Source: Octopus vulgaris (lineage: Eukaryota). From it: 64,000 nucleotides of DNA. Shown here one piece after another: positions 11,448 to 24,296 of the stretch. Each line of letters starts with the position of its first letter. Position 1 is the first letter of the stretch. The DNA lies in contig OX597819.1 of the NCBI GenBank assembly GCA_951406725.2, positions 97,154,001-97,218,000 on the forward strand. Direction: 5' to 3'. Both the position numbers and the translations under genes were made by a program. Below the pieces are notes generated by a model. That model made no database searches. It was not told the origin of the DNA and saw only the letters and a list, made by a program, of their open reading frames with translations.

Positions 11448-12914
11448 GAGATAAATGAAAATCGAATAAAATGGTTTCTGTGCATTTTTAGATGGCTAAA
11501 AATGACTAATTGATTCAGCATCAACACGCAACTTCAGCTCAAGTCACTTGCCAAACAAGTACACTTCTGAAGAGAGACAGAGTAGGAGTAGGGGTGTGTG
11601 TGTGTGGTATGTCTGAGTGAAAGAGACAGATCCATTGATCTAATTCTTCATTCTACTACACGCACACAGACAGACACACAATGACATAAAAATCTGAATC
11701 TTTTATGCAGAGATACTTTTTTTAATCTGTTTGCAATCAATTCTCTGTCAGAGACTACTTATAATGATGACTAACAAAATAAAATGAAAATTAAATTCAC
11801 ACAATTTTCGTATCATTGCTGTTGTTGTATTTAAATAGTTTTAACCCAGCCTTTAAGGTCAAACAGAGTAAATATCAACTTCAATTCATCCTACTAGATT
11901 TACTTTAACCTTAAAAAACAAACAACAATTTAGTAGCAAGTTTTTCATCACAATAGAGACCAATCAACAACACAGAAATACAAACACAACTTACATTTCA
12001 TGATTAAAATCCTTTCACACTGAAATGCCAAGTGGCCATCACCACTATGTTAATAATGATCACTTTCTGATTTACTCTCTGTTCTTGACATAACAACAGC
12101 CATTATAACAACTGATAAATTTTAGCAGTTAATGATGAAGGAGCTACATTTTTTTCTAAAATTGTTCACTTCCATCTTTAAAGGTGGAAGACACTTCAGA
12201 TAATGCAATTCGGATATAAAGTTTAAATAAAAGACAAGATTGTCACGACTAATACAGTTTTGATAATAGATCTATTTAATGAGGATTGCCCTGAGGTTAA
12301 ACATTAGCAAATAATAAGCTCTTTTATGTTCTTTCGATACATTTTCCAATAAGGAAACGTAAAACACTCCACACATGCATGCACGCACCTGGATTTATCA
12401 GTCTCAGAAATATCAAACCTAAATATTAAAATTTTCATAAGTTAGTCTGACTAAACTTTCTATGGTCAGAGATAACCATCAATGAAGTGAGAGTTAACTG
12501 TATATTCTACCTCATCAGACCATTCAAAAAGTTGAACTCAGCACTACAATTTAACAAATCATCCATCAGTACACAGAGGTGCCACTATCTACCATCATCC
12601 ATGAGAAGCTCCTAGCATGAGGTACTTACACCAAAGTGAGCTGTACCATTTTAGAATTAAGTGTTCTACCATGGACACTATGCAGTGTCAGTGACAGAAA
12701 ATAAGCATCTGGGCCTATCTAAGGATTTTTACCATTTTCAAGCAATTATATTCTCAAGTATTATTATATAACAATGTCATGAAGAAATACTGTATAATCA
12801 ATGTTGTTCAGGTTACTTTACAATTATTAATTTTCTAGTAAGAAATTTAAAACTATAAAACTCTGTGGACTGGTAGAAGTAACAAATAGCTATGGTTCCT
12901 TTCATGTTATAATA

Positions 12915-13110
12915 ATCCTTTCTACTATAGGCACAAGGCTTGAAATTTTGTTTGAGCAGGGCTAATTGATTACATCAACCCCATTATTTTATCAACCCTG
13001 AAAGGATGAAAAGCAAAGTCAATGTAAGCAAAATTTGAACTCAGAACATAAAGGCAGAATAAATGCTGCTAAGCATTTTGTTTGGTGCAGTAATGAATCT
13101 GCCTGGTCAC
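12915..13110 (-). mobile_element. tRNA-derived SINE, family B
   Basis: Reverse complement of the family B core ttctgagttcaaatt...gcttttcatcctttcagggttgataaaat...ccttgtgcctatagtagaaagg. Confidence 0.8.
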
Positions 13111-15916
13111 ATGATATAATAACAAAACTACATTTGTAGAATGTGATATTTTTTGCATTGCTTCTCTATAAAATAGATAATTATGTATGTATGTGTATGT
13201 TTGTGTGTGTGTTTACTAAGTCTAGAGAAAGGATCAGTGATCACAGGTCCTCTTAGAGCAATCAGTGAAAAAGTTGAGGCCATTAATATTTATAAATCTA
13301 CTCCTATCTATGTAAGTAACACAATTCATACTTGTAGTGTCTTACCAAATTTAACCATGACACTTGCTCCATCAATTCTGACTGCAACTATATTTTTACC
13401 AAAGTAAGGCTGAATTCAGAAAATTTTGTCTCTAAAAGTTCAATAATGTTTTTCAGCAGGTAATTTTCCATAAATTCTGAACATTCCTAAATTACAGAAT
13501 TTACCAGATGAATGTACAATTTACATCCAAATATCTGCAATTATGCAAAGAAGTTATTCATTAAAAGAAACACTGATTACCATAGAGTTCCTCTTTTTTT
13601 TTAGTTATTACACAAATCAATTTTTTTTCTTTTAAATCATATTGGCATTGAACATCTGTTGAAATAAACCATTCCTTGAGAAACCAAACTTTTATCTGTA
13701 ATAGCTTTCCTAATAAAAGCACTTTTAATTATTGAATTCATGGAAAATTCCTTGATAACAACTAATTTGAATGCTATTTCTTCTATGGTATCAGTCCTTA
13801 TTACTACAAGGAAGGCTTTTTTCTCATGGCTGATTCTCTTTGAAGAAAGTTTGACTATTTCAATTTGTACAAGTTTCTATGAAAATGTCTTTGTGAATGA
13901 TCTTTAAATAGCATAAAGAGCCACTTGTTGAACTACCAGAGTACTTTAAGATGGTCTTGCCATTAACAATAAGTTTTTAAAGGATAAGTACAGGAATGTC
14001 CAGGAAATAGAATGCAATATCAGGAATCTAAGAAAGAAAAGCTTTACTAAAGAAAAATTTCATGTGGTAAGGAGACAATGAGTCCTTCACATGGAAAGTC
14101 TGCAGAAGCTGGAGAGAAATGAAATGAGTATTTTTGATGAATAATGTTAACTTGCAAGTGAGATAGAGCTGAGAGCTGCTACCTATTGTTTACTAATATC
14201 CAAGGGAGAGTTGACATGGTATGGACAAGATCGACTAAGTCAACAATGAAAGGTATACCCAAAAAGTGAAAGGAAGAAGTAGTGAGATAAAATATTGGGG
14301 TGTTTGGTTTCACAGATAATACGAAAATCAAGAAAGATGATGTCTGGCAGACCTATCCAACCTATAGAAAAATTGGTTTAATAATGATGGTGACAATGAT
14401 GATTTTTGGTATCATCAATTTTATATGTTTAACAGAAACTTTAGACATGTTACTGGATTTTAAACTCACATTAATCTTCACGACTTAAATTTCAATTGAG
14501 GGAAAACAAACATTTGACAAGCATCAAGTAGTTGAGGAGGTGACAGCAAGCAGAATGTGAACAAACAGTGGTTCTGTATCAAGATGAAGTAAGAAACAAA
14601 AAGCAAAAGCGGTAACAAAAGTCAGTTCCTAGTAAAAGTTGAAAGTGTTTTTCTTCCATAGAATTCCTTTTATTTCTCAACCAATAATGACCCTCAAACA
14701 CACAAACAAAAATAACAGCCCTATATTATTCCTACAGCAGCAAACACTTGCAGTTTGGAACAAATAGCTTTCCCTCCCCCCTTGACAATAATATATCACA
14801 TAGAGAAGATTAACTTTGCAATAAAATAAACAAAAAAAAAATGAAATTAAACAGGTATAGTTTCAATATTTACAGTATCATATTAACTACTTCAAGAGAA
14901 TGTGGTTATTAATAAAGACAGGCAGAGGAGATTTAACTGATTTATACATCTCTATTCAATATGGAAGTATCACTTCATTTAAAAAAAAACTTCAAATAAA
15001 CACCCCACAAACAGTCATATCTGATCAATATAGAGCTTTACAGAATGGTACAGCATTAAAACATGACATCTGCCCACAAGAAGTAGGTTGAATAACTGTT
15101 GCTGTGAAAAATTTCCTTTCTTTTTTGATGTTGGGAAATAGTGTAGCAAAGTAATTCTGTTGTGAAAGTGAGATCAAGCAGATTAACCCTAAACCGTTAT
15201 TCTATTATCAGAGCTAAACATGAAATAATGCTGCAGGGAAATGAATGACTCCCACACCTCTCCAATAACAAAGCAATTCTTTCAGGAGACAATATGATAC
15301 TGCTAGGTTTATGTAATCTGTAAGGAAACAACAAAGATTTGATAAAATGAAATTCTGCAAAGATAACACTGAGATTGAAACCAAACACCATTACCACAGG
15401 ATCAAAATCAACCCAAAGAAGACTATTATTCATTTCATTAGGTTAAATGCAATTCCAATGAAATTAAATTGGTTCCAGCAAATTTGTTTCTTTTTTTTTT
15501 ATATATATATAGAGAGAGAGATTTTATTTTTTTATTTTTGGTTTCTGTTTCTGGTGAAAAGAGAGAAAAACATTAATTTAAAAAACAGTTCTGAAATTAC
15601 TTTCAAATTAAATTAAATCTAGAAATAATAGCCTTCATTGAAAGTGGATTGTCTGTTTTAGGTTAAACAACTAAGGTTTCTTCAAAAAAAAAGTTAGACA
15701 TAGATAGAGGAGATATAAAGGAAGGTTATTCTCTCACACAAATACCCAATAACAATCTAATTGTATGAGCCACACATCTGCAAATAGCTAAAAAAAACTA
15801 GTAACAAGATTCAAAATATAATTTCAACTTCAACAACACAATAAATTAGATTAGTTAAAGAAAATAATGATGACGACATCAGTCTGAGTTTGAAGACTAA
15901 CTTAAAAGAAGGATTA

Positions 15917-16300
15917 CATCATCATCATCATCGTTGTCATTTAACATCTGCTTTCCATGCTGGCATGGGTTGGACGGTTTGATTGCAGACTGGTGAGCCA
16001 CAAGGCTGCACCAGGCTCAATCTGATCTGGCAAAGTTTCTACAGCTGGATGCCCTTCCTAATGCCAACCACTCCGAAAGTGTCATGGGTGCATTTATGTG
16101 CCACTGGCATGAGGGCCAGTCAGGCGGTTCTGGCAATGACCACGCTTGAATATTGTTTCTCACGTGTCACCGGTACATGTGCCGGTAAGGCAACGCTGGC
16201 AACGATCAAGCTTGAATGGTGCTTTTTACCTGCCACCAGCACGGGAGCCAATCCATGGCCCTGGCAATGATCATGCTTGAATGTTGTTTTTCACATGCCA
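15917..16300 (-). mobile_element. Short retroposon, family C, with (ATG)n tail and ~4 internal ~65-bp units
   Basis: catcatcatc...tttccatgctggcatgggttggacgg...gtttctacagctggatgcccttcctaatgccaaccactcc; matches the copies at 27451 and 62880. Confidence 0.85.
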
Positions 16301-16304
16301 CCAT

Positions 16305-16430
16305 ATGTGCACACCAATCATTGGGTATGACTCTTTCATGTACCACCTGGTTAACCATATGGATGACTAGACTATAACTGACACCACCAGATATTTTGAG
16401 CATCTCTGCAGTGATTCCTGATGGGCCAGG
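16305..16430 (-). mobile_element. RTE LINE fragment, just upstream of the RT core
   Basis: Translation PGPSGITAEMLKISGG...VNQVVHERVIPNDWC (PGP.GI.AE.L and IP.DW motifs). Confidence 0.8.
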
Positions 16431-16600
16431 TTTAAATACAATTTATACAACCTTCTCAATTTTGAACAGTTCAGCAGTTTGTAACCACCAAACAGACCAT
16501 GGTAGATGGTCTTAGACACTTATATGAACACAGACATCTGTGTGTTATAGATAAACATACACATACATACTTATATACACAAACACATACATTTGTGTGC

Positions 16601-16660
<60 letters not shown>

Positions 16661-18089
16661 TATACATATATACAGAGAGAGTGAGAGAGAGATGAGAAAG
16701 ACAGGGAGTGGAGATGAAGTATCTTGATTATGGGATATAAGAAATACTGTAGTAGTTTCATGGGGGATGATCAGTAAAAGAATGCTAAATTACAAATAAT
16801 GTAGGTACTGCTATAAACCACTAATGTAACTGGATCAGGGAGTAATTTCAATGATAATATAAGACTTCAATATGAAAAATTGGCAAAAACAAATGATTCA
16901 AATTTGTTACATACAAAATAAAATTTTTAAAAAACTATGGAAAAAGTGAGAATTTGATCTTGTAATTGTTATAAAACCTTTAACCATTTAGTTATTGGCT
17001 TGAGTGAATTCCTTTAACTTAGAGTTCATAGTTCTGCATTGGAAGATAACCAGTAGTTGTGTGCAGATGATAAAGTTAATGTAGGATGTTTTACACACCA
17101 GCCATCACATGTAGCCTATGGTCAAATGTAGAATCTGAAACAAACTGCTAGGCAGAATCAAAATACCTTCTAAACAGCAGTCTAGAGATTGCACCAAATC
17201 TGGCACTTGTTCCTGGAATAATCTAGAGTAAAGAGTTTCACTCTGAAAGTCACAGAAATACTAGCAACAGAGTAGAACATGAATTTATGGTACATGAGTG
17301 AGTAGTCCAATAGGTTAACCACTCAGCCATCTGAACTCTATAAATTCCAATAACTGTGAAATATTAGTCGTGAATACAGTTATGCTATGTTTCAGGAGTG
17401 CATAGTACTATTTTTCAAAAATTTTGTATAAGCACACAAATCAGTGAGGGTTAAAGCAAAGCAGTACCATTTATTTTTTAACATGTTCTTGCACACAAGA
17501 ACATGAAAAGAATTCCCTGTAGGATTTTTGCCTTAAAATGTTTTTGTACAGGCTCTGAATGCAAAATTTTACCGAACCAAGTTCTATTTTTTTCATTTGT
17601 GCTACTTTCTGAAGATACAAATCCCACTGAATAGATAAATTATCAACTGGCCACAGCTCCTGGCTGAAACTGATAACTGGATAATAAAATAATTAAATTA
17701 GGACTGATCTAGAGAAAAATCTTAGAGACATCTTTAATTCACTTACAGATTATTCATTTTGTGCTAGTTTTTATGAAATAGATCTAGCAGGCCTCGTTAT
17801 ATAAGCAATAAGATCTACTGGATTCCATGGTCTACATCAATCTACCTATTTGTATGAGCAATAAGATATTCTAGATTCCGTGGATCACATTTAACTATCT
17901 ACATAGTAGTGATGACAATATAACCAAACATGAAAACCCTACTTTTGTACAAACAAAAGCTTCGGAAGCTTTACTCTTAGTTAACAAACAACACTTTACA
18001 TAACATGTAACAATTATAACTGTTTTGCATCATTTAATGAATATTTTAACTGAAATACCAGAAAGTAAAATATATAACTGGACATCACA

Positions 18090-18285
18090 AAATATATTGT
18101 GATTCATGCTCGGAATAGTCAGTGGCAAGAGAGGAAGAGGCAGACCAAGAACCCGCTGGCTTGACACCATCAGGAGTGATACCGGAATGGACATGGCCAG
18201 TCTGAAGGAAGCGGCCCAGGATAGAACTGACTGGAGGACACTGATCCAACGAATGACCGAGAGTCGACTTTGACTGAACGGATAA
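18090..18285 (+). mobile_element. RTE/BovB-like LINE 3' end, 5'-truncated
   Basis: Translation MLGIVSGKRGRGRPRTRWLDTIRSDTGMDMASLKEAAQDRTDWRTLIQRMTESRL*LNG*, matching the BovB-type ORF C-terminus. Confidence 0.85.
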
Positions 18286-18339
18286 AGCAGTCATACGAAA
18301 GTAGCAAAGCCTCAAGCTAATAAGTGGACCTTATAATGG

Positions 18340-18525
18340 GGGCTCAGCCTGCTAGATGTAGTAGCCAAATTACTCTCACATCCTACCCAACCATCTTTGA
18401 AAAGAAAGGACAGAAAGGATGAAGTTCCTGATGGTTTATGCCTGAAATTAAGATGGATGATAATGACTGCAATGCATTTGATAACAGATCTTCTGAACCA
18501 GGGCTAAACAATAGCAACAACAATA
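18340..18525 (+). mobile_element. Dispersed repeat, family E, ending gggctaaac(aac)n
   Basis: Shared ctgctagaaatagcagccaaat...gggctaaacaa skeleton. Other copies lie at ~49405-49640 (-), 51120-51285, 57800-57968 and 61790-62190. Confidence 0.65.
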
Positions 18526-18894
18526 AGAAATGGTAAAAACAGTAGCTGCACTGCTAAGTGCTACAACAGCAGTAATGAGGAAAACAACAGCAAGCAATTT
18601 TGAAAAGCAGCAGCTGCATGGATGATGAAAGCAACATCAAGGACTCCAGGAAAACACCAAATTTTTTTCTAGTGTAAAATTTTTCAATTTGCTAAAAATA
18701 TCAATAATTGTAAATCAAGTTTAAAGATAATTACAGCATGTCCATCATATTGGCCTCTTTCTAATTATTCATTGAAACATCTTGTTTATTGTTTCTGTTT
18801 AAAGCTGTGTTAAATTATGCGAAATCATCCTGAATTTCATTCATTTTTTTTCCTAATTGAGTCTTTGGAAAATTAATTAGGTACTATGGTTGTA

Positions 18895-19065
18895 AACAGG
18901 CACAATATGGTTGAATGGTTAAGAATTTCACTTCACAATGCTGAGGTCTTGGTTCTGATTTTGTTGTATAGCATTGTAGGCATGTGCCATTTTCTATAGT
19001 CTCAGGTCAATTCATACCTTGTCAATAAAATTGGGCAGATGAAAACTTCATAGAAGCCCATTAGA
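18895..19065 (+). mobile_element. Degenerate family A SINE head
   Basis: ggcacaatatggttgaatggttaagaa...ttttctatagtctcaggtcaa...gaagccc aligns with 25198-25360. Confidence 0.6.
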
Positions 19066-19144
19066 TAGACTGGACCTGCAATTCAAAGGTCCGTTCTTGC
19101 CACACATTGTGTCAAGCTGATTTCACCTGAAAATTACCTCAAAG

Positions 19145-19629
19145 CAGTGGTTCTCAACCATTTTTCTTTTTATCTATGAACCCATTTGATTCCTATTTTA
19201 CTCAGATGGACCCTCCTAGCTATTTGAAGTTTAAAAAAATATCATACTATATCCTTCGTATTTAACCCTTTCGCATTTAATCCAACCATATCCTGCCTAA
19301 ACATTCTACCACTTTTATGGTAAAACTGACCAGCTCCAACCTCTCACACCTACCCTACAATGTCATTCTAAAATATACAAACACACCAGTGAAATTTTGA
19401 AGCTACAAGATAGTGCATGATTAATTCAAAGCATTGTGAATAAATAAACATTACATTTGACAAAGAAATCCAAATGCTAAAAGGTTAAATATTATTAGGA
19501 ACTGTATCAAAAAATTTTGAATATTTTGTGAATTGTAGAAGTATACTACATTTTATCGCAGATAAATTTTAACAACAAAATTTTATATGGACATCCAAGG
19601 GCCATATGGATCCCAGTTGAGAACCACAG
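19145..19629. mobile_element. hAT-superfamily (Charlie/MER5-like TIR) MITE
   Basis: TIRs CAGTGGTTCTCAAC / GTTGAGAACCACAG. The 8-bp TSD is cctcaaag (19137-19144) / ccttaaag (19630-19637), a 7/8 match. Confidence 0.85.
19262..19488. mobile_element. piggyBac-type MITE M1 nested in the hAT MITE
   Basis: TTAA-CCCTTTCGCATTT ... AAATGCTAAAAGG-TTAA; the body is the reverse complement of 881-1109. Confidence 0.85.
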
Positions 19630-21939
19630 CCTTAAAGGAACACAACTGAGGAATACACAGCCTTTTACACACTAATTCAATAATGAGGCTTGCAGTTTAG
19701 TTAATCAAACAATTCTGATCAACATCTATTTACATTATAGCTGTAAACAGTTATTACTGTCATAATTCTAATATTCACCAAAGTGCATCGCAATCTATAC
19801 TAACCCACAAGTTTTTATTACAGCCATTCCATATATAAAAATGACTGTATAAAGAGCTTAGCAATAGCAACTTCAAATGTGAAGTGCTCCATCTCAGAGA
19901 CAGCAGGAATTTTGTTGAAATAACAGATACAGAACCATCAGCTGCAGTTCTGGAACATGATATAATCCTTTACACAGCAAGTTAGATGTAGTATCATTTT
20001 AAACATGTGAGTATATGCATTAATATATTGACTTTGTTACAGTAACAGGCTTCATCGGTGAGAACAAAATCAGACCCATACTCTTTTTCTTTCTTTCTCA
20101 CTCATTCACACACACATTCAGGTTAACATGAATATTTAGATGAACCGTGTGAGAGTAAAGCTGATCCAATTCTTAAATCACATGACAACAGACATGAGAC
20201 CAATCTCTGAAGTTACTTTCTGTTGAAATAGAGTGATGTAGAGTAGGGTGTGGGGAGACAATACATGTTGCTGTGCTTGACAAAATAGATTAACACAAAC
20301 ACACTCTATCTAGTAGGGTGTGGTGATGATGATAATATCAATACAATAAAAATATGTTGTACATGCTGAAAAAATTGAAAAACTCTTTCTAAATTCAAAC
20401 CAACATCAGTTGTTTTTCTACGTTTGTCTTTTTTTTTTAACACCCTTTAAATAAAAAATTTCACTAAGACAGGCATGTAACGGAGAATTTAAAAGAATGT
20501 ATTACTCAACCCTTGTCTTTTTTTCCCTGTTGCTCCCATATTCATGTAATGAGTCCAAGGTGAGTTCTAAGATATTTCCTTATGGTGTTGATATCATAAG
20601 AATTTTATAAACTTTTGGAAAAACATGAAAAGTTCTTTTTTTTTAATAGTAAATCTGAGAGTTTTATGCACTTCAAGATCCGCTGTTCCAAAACTGAATT
20701 ATTTTGTTATGGTTTTGTATCAGAATCAGTGCAGTAGCCATAATATTTTCTGTTAACTTTCTAAGACTGGTGAAAGTTGAGTTGCTACAGGAATGTATTA
20801 AGATAGTAGGACTGAAGAAATGGTCGGAATACTTGTAAAAGAAGAAATTCTTAGAGACAGGAAATAGGCTAATATGTCATTCCTTAAACTGTAATAATGA
20901 TTAGGCTAATATAAGTCTGTAGTAGAAGACTTGCCTAAAATGCTGTACCATGTCACTGAAACCAGAGACTGTATAATTGTGAAGTAAACTTCTCTACATG
21001 ACCATGCATGTATCCTCCATGCTGCTTTGTAAAACTGGCATAAAGACCCCTTTAAGTGAGGTTTGCTGATTCTATAGCAGCAAATAGATGGACCAACAAC
21101 TCTTCAAAAACATCACCTAGAATTCCAATTATTTTAGGTATGGTATCTGACCTCAAATTCAACACATCAAAACTTGATATACCAATAAAAAATTCATCAC
21201 ATAAAAATATGTTGAAAGAAGGGCAAAACAGAAATATGCACGAAAAACAAACAATCTAGAAAATTCTTCGTCATGTAGACTAAGGTAACAATAGGAATAA
21301 CAAATGAAAATAAAATAAATGTTTATATATCATTTTACATGTCCTTAAATTTCAAAGTAGAAGTGTGGGGAGTACAAAGAAGATATGACAGGAGATAAAT
21401 AAAAATATTTCCTTTCTTTCATTATAAAGTTAACACAAAGCTGAGTTAACCTCAAATGTTCAACCTTAGAGTTGAAGGCCTTGGGGTTATTAACATTAAA
21501 TTGGCCAGCAGACATATACTATGATATAACTTTCTCTTCCCCCTTTACTATTGTATTCCTTTAATCAGAAGGAAGGAACAGTAACTATGACCGTCACGAG
21601 ATTTCCAAGACAAGTCTCATGAGATTGATATGATGTCCAGTTTAAACAGCTGTAACCCAACATGTGCAAGAAAATAAAAAACAAAACATTCATTGGCAGA
21701 GAGTTATTCCAGGCAGTTGGTGTGCAAGGGATGAAAAGTTAGGAAAATGGTAAGAGGAAAATTTAGTAGATGAGATACAGTAGCAGCAACATGAGGAGGA
21801 AAGATGGGTATGTCTGGTGGTATGTAACTTGAGAAATAGAGATCGTAACAGAATAGACTGGGAGACATGAGTGAATTTTTTTTCCAGTCGTTGTAATGGC
21901 TTTGTTTTGGGTCTGATCTAGAATGTTCTCTGTGTGCAG

Positions 21940-22160
21940 CATTGCCTCAGATATTACAGTAGTAATATCTGAATATCTGAGCAGCAATAGTAGATTCATA
22001 TTATAGTATTACCCCAGCAGCACTGTATCATATATCACAGCAGTACTCCCAGATATTACAGTAGAATTCTCTAGCAGCAACACTCTCTCAAACATCCCTT
22101 GAAACAGCACTCCCTTATAGCAGTAGCAGTACTATCTCAGATATTACAGTGCAGTCCTGG
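21940..22160. repeat. Degenerate minisatellite built on cagatattacagt / cagcagta, including a perfect 11-bp palindrome
   Basis: TCAGATATTAC-agta-GTAATATCTGA at 21947-21972; cagatattacagt recurs at ~22050 and ~22138. Confidence 0.7.
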
Positions 22161-22984
22161 AGTTTTATAGGGAGTTAACAAATGATGGGTGACTGCAGTA
22201 TTATCTAATCTTAAAGAGACTGGCTAGTGTTTGAGGTTGCCAAGAAAGATCAAAGAATTTGTTATAAATACGTCTTTTAAGATGAACATCAGAAATAAAG
22301 AGTAATAAAGTGTGTGTATGCTACTGCTAAAACTAGAGTCATTTTTAAGATCGGAAAATACTTCAGCTGTGGACAGTTGCTGCCCACCTAGAAAATTGTG
22401 CGACCACCTTAGTAAACAGCAAAGCAAATCAAAAGATAAAGCAAGCCTTCACTTACCAACATCTACAACCACTGGCCAGTAGTGGCCACACACACACACA
22501 CAATAATTGTCAATAGTTTGACAATCTGTTTCAACTAGTATGACAGGTCTGAGAGAAAGAAATTAAGTAAAAGGAAATACCTTTGTGTAAGTGTGGGGAA
22601 ATAGGCTTATTGAGTAAGAGAGAGAGAGAGGGTGTGTGTGTGTGTGTAAAGTGTGATATTGAGTGGGATGTATTAGCAAACTAGATTCAGTATGTAATGA
22701 AAGGGTTGAAAAGGGAGAGTTATGTGTGCATGTATGGGTGGAAAAAGGAGGGGTGAAATTGGTGTAGATGTGTGAGAGAGAAATTGGTGAACATCAGTTG
22801 TAGATCAAATAGACATTAGAATATTTGAGACTAAGTTAATGTCAATCTAATAAATCACTGAATGATAATTGTACAAAAAAGTACAACAGGAAGATTCAGT
22901 TTTTTTTTTTTACTTACTGAATACTGTTGTTGCTGTTTCTCTAACACATGGATCTTTTATGGTCAGGTTGTTTGTAATGACACC

Positions 22985-23995
22985 TCAGTTCCTGCTCACA
23001 ACACAGGAGCACAACCCCTACATCAACACATGAGCTGTTCCAAGTACTGCAGCTATTTGTGCATTCCCTAATATGTCTGGTATGTCTAAGATTTCAGGTA
23101 TTGCATCAACATTCTTTGAAATTTGATCTGAGTGCACCAATAATAAAAGAGAGATAATTTTGACTGGTGCTTGAGGTATTTCCTTTACTTTAATAATAAT
23201 AATAATAATCTTTTAAGTTAGGTTTTGTTGAAACTCCTGAAGTTTTGCAAGCCTATCTACTTGTATCCTGCTATGTGTTCCTTTCAACTAGCTAATACTT
23301 TCCTGATGATCTTGGCTGTATCAATGAGACAAACCTTTTGTAACAGCTCTACTGTGCACTCTGTTCTGATTTCCTTCATATTCCTGTTGATGATTTCTGA
23401 TACTGTCCCTAAGGACCCAACAATAATCAGCACCATCTTTACCTCCTTCATTTTCCATAGTTGGACTAGTTGGGCTATCTTGTATATAAGCAGATTCTAT
23501 ATGTCTAATTTTCACCTTCCTTCTTGACTATTCGTGAGTCAAAGGGGCATGCAACATCAATTATATAATATATGTGGTTCACCTTGCCCACCACCACTAG
23601 GTCTGGCTTGTTGTACTTTAGCACCTCATCTGCTTGGATTGGGTAACCCCACAGAATTTTGCATGTCTCTAATTCAGCAATTCTATGTGATTTGTGTTCA
23701 TACCACATCTTGCCTCTCTGTAGAGCCTACATTTTACCTAATTTCCAATGTAGCATTTTTGCTACCTCATCATGTCACCACAACTTGTAATGGTTTTGGG
23801 CAAGTCTAAGACATTTGTTCACTGTAAGGGCAATGGTTCCATCAACTCTATTACAGATTCAGCACAGTGGAGACACATGCTCATTCCTAAGGTTGACCCT
23901 CCAATTTGCGACCAAAGCTTGGTCTTGTGCTGCTCGTAAGGTGCTCTTAGTCTTTTCTTTCAGTGTTCCCTTCTATGTTCACCAGCAACTTCAAC
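22985..23995 (-). mobile_element. Non-LTR retrotransposon fragment with restriction-like endonuclease (R4/Dong/NeSL-like), 3' part
   Basis: Translation WYEHK...KILW...IQAD....NKPDLVV......IIDVACPFD..I..KE is the PD-(D/E)xK RLE motif; the element is frameshifted. Confidence 0.85.
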
Positions 23996-24032
23996 TGTGG
24001 TAATTGTTATTGATAATATTATTATTATTATT

Positions 24033-24296
24033 AAGGCAGTGAACTGGCAGAATTGTTAGCATGTCAGGAAAAATGCTAAGTGGTATTTTGTCCATCTTTA
24101 TCTTCTGAGTTCAAATTCCACTGAGGTTGACTTAGCCTTTCATCCTTTGGTGTGCCTTAGATTTCAGGTATTGCATTTACTTAGTTTATCGATCCCCTTT
24201 GGGGTCGATAAATTAAGTACCAGTCAAATACTGAGGTTGTTGTGATCAACTTTTTCCCTCCCCACAAAAATTTCAGGCCTTGTGCTTAGAAAGGGT
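24033..24296 (+). mobile_element. SINE family B between (ATT)n tracts, with a short internal insertion
   Basis: aaggcagtgaactggcagaattgttagc...tgagttcaaattcc (B-box-like)...gcctttcatcctt...ggggtcgataaattaagtaccag. Confidence 0.85.

Noticed and set aside
11995-12019. 25-nt mini-exon (CAG|TGTGAAAGG...AAAT|GTAAGT) on the minus strand
   Set aside because: Short polypyrimidine tract, not frame-preserving, and no supporting evidence.
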